Below, piece by piece: positions 1 to 7,721 of a DNA stretch of 64,000 nucleotides. Within the stretch, counting starts at the first letter, position 1, and every line of letters starts with the position of its first letter. Source of the DNA: an uncultured Nitrospiraceae bacterium (GTDB lineage Bacteria > Nitrospirota > Nitrospiria > Nitrospirales > Nitrospiraceae). The stretch spans positions 416,001 through 480,000 of the forward strand of contig CAWJWJ010000001.1 of NCBI GenBank assembly GCA_963846575.1. Direction: 5' to 3'. The notes beneath the pieces were generated by a model. It had not been told where the DNA came from. It made no database searches and saw nothing but the letters and a program-made list of their open reading frames with translations. The translations under genes were made by a program, and so were the position numbers.

Positions 1-119
1 TCGACGAAATCATCGCACAATTTAGAGCCCGAGCTGTGGCAGCGGGCCAAGCACGGCTGCCCACAATTTTTTGCTCCGTCAGTTGGCCGCCCTACCAATA
101 ATAAGAAAGGATCTGCACC

Positions 120-647
120 ATGAGAGTTCATTTATCCCGATCCCAAAAAGCCATGCTTGAATTGTTCGAGCGCCATGTGAAAGCAGAAATGGATGGTGAC
201 CTTGAAACCACGATGGGCACCATGACCGACAATCCCCATCTGCATAACATTGCGAGTATGATGGGTGGGGTGGGACGTCAAGGAGTCAGTGATTTTTATC
301 GGAATCATCTCGTGGGAAAATTTTTTCCTCCTGATGTCAAAATGGTGAATGTCTCTCGGACTATTGGCAGCGAGCAGCTTGTAGATGAGTTGGTGATCAG
401 CTTTACGCACACGAGAACAATTGACTGGATGCTGCCGGGTGTACCGCCCACAGGCAAGAAGGTCGAAATGGCCGTGGTCGTTATTGTTGGGGTCAATGAT
501 GGAAAAATATCCCACGAGCACATTTATTGGGATCAGGCGAGCGTCTTGGTTCAGATCGGATTGCTCAATCCAGCACGGCTACCTGTAAGCGGTGCCGCAA
601 GTGCCCGAAGGATACTCAATCCCACACTGCCAGCACGCGTGATCTGA
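120..647 (+). CDS. SnoaL-like/NTF2-fold ester cyclase family protein
   Basis: 175 aa; family-typical motifs SRTIGSEQLVDE, FTHT..IDWMLPGVPPTGK, HEHIYWDQASVLVQIGLL; RBS-like GAAAGGA upstream. Confidence 0.85.
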   Translation: MRVHLSRSQKAMLELFERHVKAEMDGDLETTMGTMTDNPHLHNIASMMGGVGRQGVSDFYRNHLVGKFFPPDVKMVNVSRTIGSEQLVDELVISFTHTRTIDWMLPGVPPTGKKVEMAVVVIVGVNDGKISHEHIYWDQASVLVQIGLLNPARLPVSGAASARRILNPTLPARVI

Positions 648-1050
648 GGAGTCGAAGCCTTTGTAAAACCGTGTATTAGATGGAGGTAGTTATCATCCTT
701 CGGTTGATTCAAAGCCAATCGCAAGACAGACAACTCAGCCATGTCCCCTCTAAGATTTGCCTCGCAGCCCTTACGCCACAGTAGAAGTTGCCGCCATCCC
801 CATCTTAATCCCAGCGAGAGCGAATCCCTCTATAGGCCTCTCCTGCCTTACAGCTAATGGACTGTGGAGCCCTAAGTTCCGAATAAGTTCAGCGTCATAA
901 GGGTCCAACCGGACGACCTGGGGAAAAGCGTCGGTCCTCTCAAAGCGATGAGGTTGTTTGCCCTTGTCAGGCAGGGGCTCCAGTTCAGCAACAATATTAT
1001 CGACATCTGGAAAATAAACATTCCCACAGTGCCGAGTTTAGCTATATGGT

Positions 1051-1069
1051 GATAGTGAGAATTGTTATC
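1051..1069. promoter_or_regulatory. Fur-box-like operator
   Basis: GATAGTGAGAATTGTTATC matches the classical 19-bp Fur box GATAATGATAATCATTATC at 15/19 positions; intergenic. Confidence 0.6.
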
Positions 1070-1193
1070 AATGTGCGTGCGCCCTGTTCACATGTTCACG
1101 CGAGAAGGAACTGAACGGTTGTTTATGTCCCTGGCTTGAACAGTTCCCGTGCCGATCATGCCCGTCAGTTCGGGAGGAACAGCGTGCAAGGAC

Positions 1194-1237
1194 CCACTGG
1201 ATGAAGACGGTGGTTATCCATCGTCTTCGTCCAGTGG
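1194..1237 (+). terminator. 20-bp stem-loop, possible terminator or ncRNA 3' hairpin
   Basis: CCACTGGATGAAGACGGTGG-TTAT-CCATCGTCTTCGTCCAGTGG; both mismatches are G.U wobbles on the + strand; followed by CTTT only. Confidence 0.45.
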
Positions 1238-1563
1238 CTTTCCACCCAGTCGAAGTGGATGAGCGGTGATTCGAGGAACCCCGCTGGATACGGAAGTTGC
1301 TCGGCGATCGAACTTCGACGGACTCCTCTGCGTGGGGGTACCATGGAGGTGCATCACCCTGCGATGAGCACTTCCCGCTTCCCCTCGGGCGCCGCAGATT
1401 GTCACCTAAACCGTTGCGCCAAAGTCGCGCACACTATCTGAAAAATCAAATTAACATGCCGCCCACTGCGGCGCCCCATCCGGTCCCGCGATTTCAGCAA
1501 GTGATAACGCCTGGTCGTTGAGATCGGAGGACCGGTTCATAATCATTAACCCAGGATACTTCA

Positions 1564-1716
1564 ATGAAGGTGCACGAATGTCCCGGCTGCAAGCACAACA
1601 GTCTGGTTCCCACAGGAGGGTTCCTATCGTGTGGGCATTGCGGCTATGCCATCACAGCCGCCGCACTAGCTGTCGAGCAACGTCTTCGTCAAGGTCAGCC
1701 ACTACACAGAAGATAA
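1564..1716 (+). CDS. 50-aa zinc-ribbon micro-protein
   Basis: Hand-translated MKVHECPGCKHNSLVPTGGFLSCGHCGYAITAAALAVEQRLRQGQPLHRR*; CPxC-x13-CxxCG knuckle pair; below the ORF-track cutoff. Confidence 0.6.
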   Translation: MKVHECPGCKHNSLVPTGGFLSCGHCGYAITAAALAVEQRLRQGQPLHRR

Positions 1717-1769
1717 CCATCTCAGTGGTACACACCATGCTCAAAAGGGAAGCACGTGAGAAGCATCTG

Positions 1770-1865
1770 ATGAACACCGGCGGGAATGATCTCCCTGCCA
1801 AACTTAGCCTCGTCGTATCAATCCTTATGGTGTTATTAGCTCTTATTGGAGGTTGTCTGCGCTGA
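1770..1865 (+). CDS. possible 31-aa single-TM peptide
   Basis: MNTGGNDLPAKLSLVVSILMVLLALIGGCLR*; one hydrophobic helix; RBS unclear. Confidence 0.25.
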   Translation: MNTGGNDLPAKLSLVVSILMVLLALIGGCLR

Positions 1866-1903
1866 ACTTGTCTTGACGATCAAAAAACACCTATGCATCC
1901 ACA

Positions 1904-1942
1904 TTTATCCAAACTGATGCGTCCGTTATCGAATTGGATACA
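1904..1942. promoter_or_regulatory. tandem candidate enhancer (UAS) sites for a sigma-54 activator
   Basis: TTTATCCAAACTGATGCG (1904) and GTTATCGAATTGGATACA (1925), 21 bp apart; both resemble the palindrome TGTATCCAATTGGATACA; about 105-140 bp upstream of the sigma-54 promoter. Confidence 0.4.
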
Positions 1943-2046
1943 CCGCCGCACTTCCAAAGTCTGACCCTGGCACAGCTTTGCCAACCTAGATACTAATAGC
2001 CTTGGAAAAACAATTTGTTATGGCGCACGTGACATACACGATCATT

Positions 2047-2062
2047 TGGTACGCGAGTTGCT
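2047..2062 (+). promoter_or_regulatory. sigma-54 (-24/-12) promoter
   Basis: TGGTACG-CGAG-TTGCT with correct GG-N10-GC spacing; IHF-like AAACAATTTGTTA at 2008-2020; strong RBS downstream. Confidence 0.7.
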
Positions 2063-2124
2063 GTTATCAGGGAAATGTGGCGAGACTAAGTGAGATCACT
2101 ATTTGATCAGAGGAGGATTCCATC

Positions 2125-2202
2125 ATGCTTTGGACCATCGCAATATTAGGAACCTACATCGCGGGCATTTATCTGATTCGCCTCGTATGGTGGCAGGAAT
2201 AA
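2125..2202 (+). CDS. 25-aa single-transmembrane micro-peptide
   Basis: MLWTIAILGTYIAGIYLIRLVWWQE*; RBS GAGGAGG about 8 nt upstream; first ORF after the sigma-54 promoter. Confidence 0.6.
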   Translation: MLWTIAILGTYIAGIYLIRLVWWQE

Positions 2203-2371
2203 TGCCCGCTTTGTCGGGGCCATCCACTCCGTTCTTTCAGACCACGCTGAGATCCGCATCCCCTGGAGGCTTCATGACCGCTGCGACTGAGTCGCCTGCA
2301 GCCAGGGAGAGAGTTTGCCCCCTCCAACGCAGGATTATGTTGCGAGGCGTAGCAATACTACACTGTCGTCC

Positions 2372-2749
2372 ATGCATCCGAACCTCCCCATACCGATCAA
2401 ACCGCTAGTCTCCACCACCTTTTCCGGAATCACCCTTAGCTTTCGCCGTACGCGAGATCGGTGGGAAATAGTCTGTCCCGTTATATTCGCAGGCGCCCCA
2501 TTCATTGGAGAGGGGACCCTCCATAACCTCTCACAAACTGGATGTACGGTAGATTGTAACCGCATGGTACTGGACGGCAGCTACATGACTCTTCGCCTCC
2601 TGCTGCCTGACAATCATCGCTCGCTTGGAATAGACCTCGGAGCCGTACGCTGGGTTCGTGGGCAACACTTCGGCATAGAATTTCTGCGCATCCCCGCCAG
2701 TGAGCAAGCCCGACTAGACCGATTCCTTACACTTCTTCGGCATGGATGA
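2372..2749 (+). CDS. stand-alone PilZ-domain protein (c-di-GMP receptor)
   Basis: RxxxR (RTRDR) and N-x-S-x-x-G (NLSQTG) motifs, C-terminal VRW...FGIEF; start codon uncertain. Confidence 0.85.
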   Translation: MHPNLPIPIKPLVSTTFSGITLSFRRTRDRWEIVCPVIFAGAPFIGEGTLHNLSQTGCTVDCNRMVLDGSYMTLRLLLPDNHRSLGIDLGAVRWVRGQHFGIEFLRIPASEQARLDRFLTLLRHG

Positions 2750-3051
2750 GCCGCTTTCCCCAGTTAATTATTTAGGATTGGATCATTTTCATTGGAGTGA
2801 AATTTTCGAGGGCATGGCGTGCCAGGACTGTCAGTGTCCATCGGGACTCAAAGGAACATTTCGAAAGACCCCACGCGAGTGTTAGAGGTGCGACCATCAC
2901 TTCACGACCAACTTGAAAGACTGGTTTTCACAAGCTTCGATTTGTTCCCGCGCATGTATGAGACGCAACGGTAGAGACAGGTCGACAAGCAAGCACCATG
3001 CGATTCCGGTGTTCTGGAATGTTAGATGTCCCCTGTCGCTTGCATCCCAGA

Positions 3052-3495
3052 TCATCGTCTGCCGAATGATCGCACGTAAAGCAGGACCTGCCAGGCTTCC
3101 TCTTCCGTAAGAATCAGAGGAACGAATGAAGCCATATCGGTTCCAGGGCTCCCATTTTTCAGGATCCAGAACAGTTCTCCATCCGTTCTCGCCGCCTGCC
3201 ATACCTTGTCGGTGAAATTCCGTGGCAGCCTGCCACGTAGTCCTACGATATCGCCAAGCCCTTTGCCATCTCGTCCATGGCAGGTTGCACAAAAGGCTTT
3301 CCCGTGGAAAATGACCTTCCCTCGCTCGATGTTGTCCGCAGTCGATTCAAATGGATTCTTCCACGTTCTTGCCTCCTCTATCTGGTCAGGTAGTACGCGC
3401 GGTTTCAATACCTCGGCATCGGCAGCGAAGGACGGTGCCGTCAGCACCCCGGCCAGTAATATCCACGGCCTCAGGAAGGTGGGTAACCGATTCAA
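3052..3495 (-). CDS. periplasmic monoheme class I cytochrome c
   Basis: Signal peptide, CATCH heme motif, distal Met in GTDMASF; TTG start with GGAGGAG RBS. Confidence 0.9.
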   Translation of the reverse strand: MNRLPTFLRPWILLAGVLTAPSFAADAEVLKPRVLPDQIEEARTWKNPFESTADNIERGKVIFHGKAFCATCHGRDGKGLGDIVGLRGRLPRNFTDKVWQAARTDGELFWILKNGSPGTDMASFVPLILTEEEAWQVLLYVRSFGRR

Positions 3496-3599
3496 CGCTC
3501 CCTCCGTCGTTTCAGCATATAGGACGATGGGCCAGGAGAAGCCCCACTCTCCTCCTCAAAGCTCATCCTGATCTGGTCAGCCTGCATCACCTATTCTCT

Positions 3600-4139
3600 T
3601 TACGGCATGATCTTCTCCGCCGGCTGGGAATGACCGGGGAATTCATGCCCCAAAGACTGTGGGAAGCTGACTGAGCCATCAGGAAATTTAAGCCCCTTCT
3701 GCCACAGATGATAGATCACGCCATCTGTCCCAGCTGCCACTGCCGCAACCTTGGCCGCTTCCTCGGCCGGCATGTCAAGAACCTGGACCCGGCCCGTGGC
3801 AATCTCCACTTTGTGGTCATGAAAATAGCGATGCCACTGGATCGGGGGCAGAGTTCGCGTCAAATCCTTCGCCACAAAATATTCGATGGCAACCAGCGGC
3901 GCCTTCGGGTCAGTCGACTCAAAGAGGAGGCATTGGAGAATTTTGTCTGAGATCCCTTTGCAGTAGTGGTGATAGGGTCCGCCGGGCTCACCATTCGGCA
4001 TGAGGTGCGGAGCCATGACGTGAATATCGTACCCCAGGGCAGGGCCATTGGGCTCGCCGCTCATGGCATTTGGGGGGGCGCCCCCCGCGCATCCAATTAA
4101 CAACACCGCAAGCGTGGCAAGTAATTGCTTTCTCATCAC
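3600..4139 (-). CDS. DUF1264 (OBAP-like) family lipoprotein
   Basis: Lipobox LIGC; HHYC...QCLLFES.DP.A.LVAIEY...FHDHKVE...YHLWQ pattern typical of DUF1264; strong RBS. Confidence 0.75.
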   Translation of the reverse strand: MMRKQLLATLAVLLIGCAGGAPPNAMSGEPNGPALGYDIHVMAPHLMPNGEPGGPYHHYCKGISDKILQCLLFESTDPKAPLVAIEYFVAKDLTRTLPPIQWHRYFHDHKVEIATGRVQVLDMPAEEAAKVAAVAAGTDGVIYHLWQKGLKFPDGSVSFPQSLGHEFPGHSQPAEKIMP

Positions 4140-4324
4140 GTCTAGCCTCCTCTTAATTGGTTGGATTACGGGTCAGCTTCGATGACCGTCTGTTATAGCC
4201 TCATTGACTTAGAGCACGATTTAAGTGAAACGATTCAACAAATGCTCAGAAGTAGCCCAATAATCCTGCTTGCTCACTGGAATGTAGTGCGGCTCACCCG
4301 CCGCGCCGGACAGGCATTAATAGC

Positions 4325-5395
4325 CTACTTGGGCAATTTCGGCATGACAAACTTAAGGGGCTCCCCGGTCAATGACTTCAGAAAGGCGACGAGATCTGCT
4401 TTCTCCTCCGCCGTCAGGCCCAACGGTTTGACGAGTGGACTCAGATTGGGGTTGTTGCCCCCTCCCTGATCTAGGAACTCCACGACCTCCTCCAACGTTC
4501 TGAACGCCCCATCGTGCATGTAGGGCGAGGTCTCCGAAATACTGCGAAGGGTCATCGTCTTGAAGGCGCCTTTGTCTTTCTCTGCTCGTGTCACCTCGTA
4601 TCGGCCGAAATCGACCTTCATCGGACCAACCTGAGGCACGCCAAGATTGTGGAACTGGTTGTCCGTGAAATTTGGCCCATTGTGACAAAGAAGGCACCTC
4701 GCTTTCCCCCTAAATAGGGCCAGCCCTCGTACTGCCGCGTCGTCCATTGCCGATTGATCTCCCAGCACATACTTATCAAAAGCCGAGTTGGTGGAGAGCA
4801 CCGTTCGTTCATATGCGGCAACCGCCTCGGCAATGGCCTGGAGATTGACGTCCGTCCCGAACACGGCTCGGAACTGCCGCTGATACCCCTTGATCTTGGC
4901 TATCTTCGGGACGACATGGTCATGAGTTTCGGCCATCTCAACAGGATTATGAATGGGCCCGATGGCCTGCTCCTCAAGAGACAGCGCCCGGCCGTCCCAA
5001 AACTGGAAGCGGTTATAGGCTGAATTGTACACCGTCGGCGACTGGCGTCCGCCGATTCCACCTCCCACCCCGATGGATGTTTGCCGAGCATCGGCAAAAC
5101 CGGTCCCCGGGTTGTGACAAAAGGCGCAAGAGACCGCATCATTCTTGGAGAGGCGACCGTCGAAGTAGAGTTGTTTCCCGAGCTCGATTTTCGAGGCATA
5201 GTTGAGGTTAGTACCGGCTGTCGGAATCGTCGTGGGCAATGGACCGATATCAGGCACGGTCACCCCGTCGATTGTCACGGTGCCATGAGGCGCATGGTCG
5301 GACGGTAATGCGTGGACGAATGCAGCCTCCCCAGCCACTGCACTCACCAGTAACAAAACTTCAATCGCGCGTATCGGCAATAGGCCTCGCACCAT
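4325..5395 (-). CDS. di-heme cytochrome c peroxidase / MauG family protein
   Basis: CAFCH and CLLCH heme motifs, QFWDGRA, GPIHNPVEM, PYMHDG; signal peptide; start at 5395 chosen from GGGAGG RBS. Confidence 0.92.
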   Translation of the reverse strand: MVRGLLPIRAIEVLLLVSAVAGEAAFVHALPSDHAPHGTVTIDGVTVPDIGPLPTTIPTAGTNLNYASKIELGKQLYFDGRLSKNDAVSCAFCHNPGTGFADARQTSIGVGGGIGGRQSPTVYNSAYNRFQFWDGRALSLEEQAIGPIHNPVEMAETHDHVVPKIAKIKGYQRQFRAVFGTDVNLQAIAEAVAAYERTVLSTNSAFDKYVLGDQSAMDDAAVRGLALFRGKARCLLCHNGPNFTDNQFHNLGVPQVGPMKVDFGRYEVTRAEKDKGAFKTMTLRSISETSPYMHDGAFRTLEEVVEFLDQGGGNNPNLSPLVKPLGLTAEEKADLVAFLKSLTGEPLKFVMPKLPK

Positions 5396-5574
5396 ACAAT
5401 GTACCTCCCAGTTGAGCCGAGACGGACGGTTTCCACCGTCACCGTTCTGGCCATGGTGGGCATTATACTTACAATTGATCAGTTGGTCGAGATTCTCGTT
5501 CACGAAGCAGGGGCCGGATCAAACGGCACGAGCGCGAGACCGGAGCTGCACGGCGGAAGGAGGAGGATCCGTGG

Positions 5575-6177
5575 TTAAGAACCCCGTACGGTGGAACGCA
5601 TAAGGCTATCGGCTTGCGGGGGGAGAAATCCTTGATACCCTTGATGCCGCTCGGTCAATTCGAGGACGGAAAACGGCTGTCCATCAACCATTTCAGGCGC
5701 GGTAAAAATCTGCCGCAAGGTCCCGCCCCGGACACCCGCGATCTCGCCGGCGAACACGACTCCCTTTGCTTTCATTTTAAGGATCGCCTTTTCGATGTCC
5801 TCCACCCGCACGGCCACATGGTGAAAAACCTGATCTCCAAATTTGTTGACCCAGCGAGGAATGATGCTGGTTTTACCCCGATCGTCCGAATAGGCCTGGT
5901 CGACAAACAAAGCCGGGTACCCGGCCCGCCGATACACTTTTGCATACCAATCTTCATACTCGATCGTTTCATCATACTCATACCCAAGCGCAACAAACTC
6001 CTGCGCCCGCTGATCGATGTTCATCGTCCTGATCGTCAAATGATCGATCACCGGTGCGAATCCCACCCCAACGTCGTCGAGCGCCTGGCGTACCATCCGC
6101 GCGGCGCTGTTCTTCGCCAAGAACTCCGCGGTCATACGAGCGATCATGACATCGAGGTCAGCTCCTTGCCCCATCAT
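5575..6177 (-). CDS. VOC-fold metalloenzyme, DUF1338/HglS- or HPPD-like
   Basis: DHLTIRT, HHVAVRV, LRQIFT, LELTERH..YQGF give a His-His-Glu triad; start overlaps the 3' end of the ALDH gene; RBS AAGGAGGG. Confidence 0.7.
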   Translation of the reverse strand: MMGQGADLDVMIARMTAEFLAKNSAARMVRQALDDVGVGFAPVIDHLTIRTMNIDQRAQEFVALGYEYDETIEYEDWYAKVYRRAGYPALFVDQAYSDDRGKTSIIPRWVNKFGDQVFHHVAVRVEDIEKAILKMKAKGVVFAGEIAGVRGGTLRQIFTAPEMVDGQPFSVLELTERHQGYQGFLPPQADSLMRSTVRGS

Positions 6178-7714
6178 TCCCTCCTTCCGCCCTCCCAAAA
6201 GTCACTCCTTGCGCCAACGGTAGTTCCGTCCCCCAGTTGATCGTCGTGGTCTGCCGACGCATGTACGCCTTCCAGGCATCGGATCCCGCTTCGCGTCCAC
6301 CGCCCGTGGTCTTCTCGCCGCCGAATGCGCCACCAATCTCCGCGCCGGACGTGCCGATATTGATGTTGGCGATGCCACAGTCGCTGCCTATCGTGGACAA
6401 GAACTGCTCGCTATGGCGAATGTGCATAGTGAACAGCGCCGAAGAGAGGCCCTGAGGCACCGCGTTGTGCAGTCGGATCGCTTCGTCGAGAGTGCGATAT
6501 GTCATCACGTACAGAATCGGTGCGAATGTCTCACGCTGGACGACATCCCAATGATTCTGCGCTCGCACGATCGTCGGCTCGACAAAATGCCCTGGCCGAG
6601 AGAGAAGACGACCGCCGCACAGAATTTCGCCGCCCTCTCGCTTGATTTCATCGAGAGCGGCTCGATACCCCTCTAGCGCCTCGCGATCGATCAGCGGTCC
6701 CATCAACACATTAGGTTGGAGGGGATCCCCGATCGTTACCTGCGCATAGGCAGCCACCAGCCGAGGCACCAGGCTCTCATATTGCGACTCATGCACGATG
6801 ACCCGCCTGGTGGAGGTGCAGCGCTGTCCCGCGGTGCCGACCGCACCGAACACGATCGCCCTCGTAGCCAGTTCGAGGTCAGCCGTTTCATCGACGATCA
6901 CCGCATTGTTTCCGCTGAGCTCCAAAAGGCTTCGACCCAACCGGCGGCCGACCACTTCTGCGACATGCCTCCCCACCGGAACCGACCCCGTGAACGAAAT
7001 CAGCGGCAACCGCTCGTCCCCGACCATCTGCTCCGCGAGCTCAACGCGATTCGTGGTCAAAAGCGCAAACACACCCGGATATCCGGCCTCATCCAGCACA
7101 CGGTTGCAGAGATGCTGTACGGCCAGAGCACAGAGCGGCGCCTTCGGAGAAGGTTTCCACAACACCGTATTACCGGTCACGGCCGCAATAAAGGCATTCC
7201 AGGCCCAGACAGCCACAGGAAAGTTGAAAGCTGTGATGACCCCCACGACGCCCAAGGGATGCCATTGCTCATACATCCGATGCCGCGGACGTTCCGAATG
7301 CATGGTCTGTCCGTATAACGTGCGAGATAACCCCACGGCGAAGTCCGCCATGTCGATCATTTCCTGCACTTCTCCATCACCCTCGGATTTGATTTTTCCG
7401 ACTTCGAGTGAGACCAACGTGCCCAAGGCGTCCTTCTTCGCCCTCAACGCGTTCCCGATCAGGCGAATGACCTCGCCTCGTTTGGGAGCGGGTACCATCC
7501 GCCATGAGGCCTGTGCCTGTCGGACGCCGGTCACGAGCGTCTCATAGTCCGCTTCATCACAACCATAGACGCGCGCGAGTGTCTCACCTGTCGACGGATT
7601 ACGTGACTCCACAACGCCGGCATTCGTGCTGCGGCTCCAAACCCTGGATGACAGACAGCCCCCGGGCTGTTTAAGGGATAGTCCTAAATCTTTGAATACA
7701 TCTTCCATCGTCAT
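6158..7714 (-). CDS. aldehyde dehydrogenase family 7 (alpha-aminoadipate semialdehyde / piperideine-6-carboxylate dehydrogenase)
   Basis: ITAFNFPVAVWAWN, FTGS, LELSGNN, GTAGQRCT, GAEIGGAFGGEKTTGGGRE are ALDH7/antiquitin signatures. Confidence 0.9.
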   Translation of the reverse strand: MTMEDVFKDLGLSLKQPGGCLSSRVWSRSTNAGVVESRNPSTGETLARVYGCDEADYETLVTGVRQAQASWRMVPAPKRGEVIRLIGNALRAKKDALGTLVSLEVGKIKSEGDGEVQEMIDMADFAVGLSRTLYGQTMHSERPRHRMYEQWHPLGVVGVITAFNFPVAVWAWNAFIAAVTGNTVLWKPSPKAPLCALAVQHLCNRVLDEAGYPGVFALLTTNRVELAEQMVGDERLPLISFTGSVPVGRHVAEVVGRRLGRSLLELSGNNAVIVDETADLELATRAIVFGAVGTAGQRCTSTRRVIVHESQYESLVPRLVAAYAQVTIGDPLQPNVLMGPLIDREALEGYRAALDEIKREGGEILCGGRLLSRPGHFVEPTIVRAQNHWDVVQRETFAPILYVMTYRTLDEAIRLHNAVPQGLSSALFTMHIRHSEQFLSTIGSDCGIANINIGTSGAEIGGAFGGEKTTGGGREAGSDAWKAYMRRQTTTINWGTELPLAQGVTFGRAEGGNDGARS

Positions 7715-7721
7715 ATGGTCG

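Noticed and set aside
771..1036. Stop-free minus-strand frame (GNVYFPDVDNIVAELEP...) in the first intergenic region
   Set aside because: No good start or RBS and no recognisable motif; may be a remnant but cannot be supported
1518..1865. 115-aa ORF from the track
   Set aside because: Better explained by the zinc-ribbon ORF in another frame plus a possible short 3' peptide
1968..1982. TGGCACAGCTTTGCC as a second sigma-54 promoter
   Set aside because: GG-to-GC spacing is 9, not the required 10
2897..3292. 131-aa minus-strand ORF
   Set aside because: Overlaps the cytochrome c gene out of frame and has no motif
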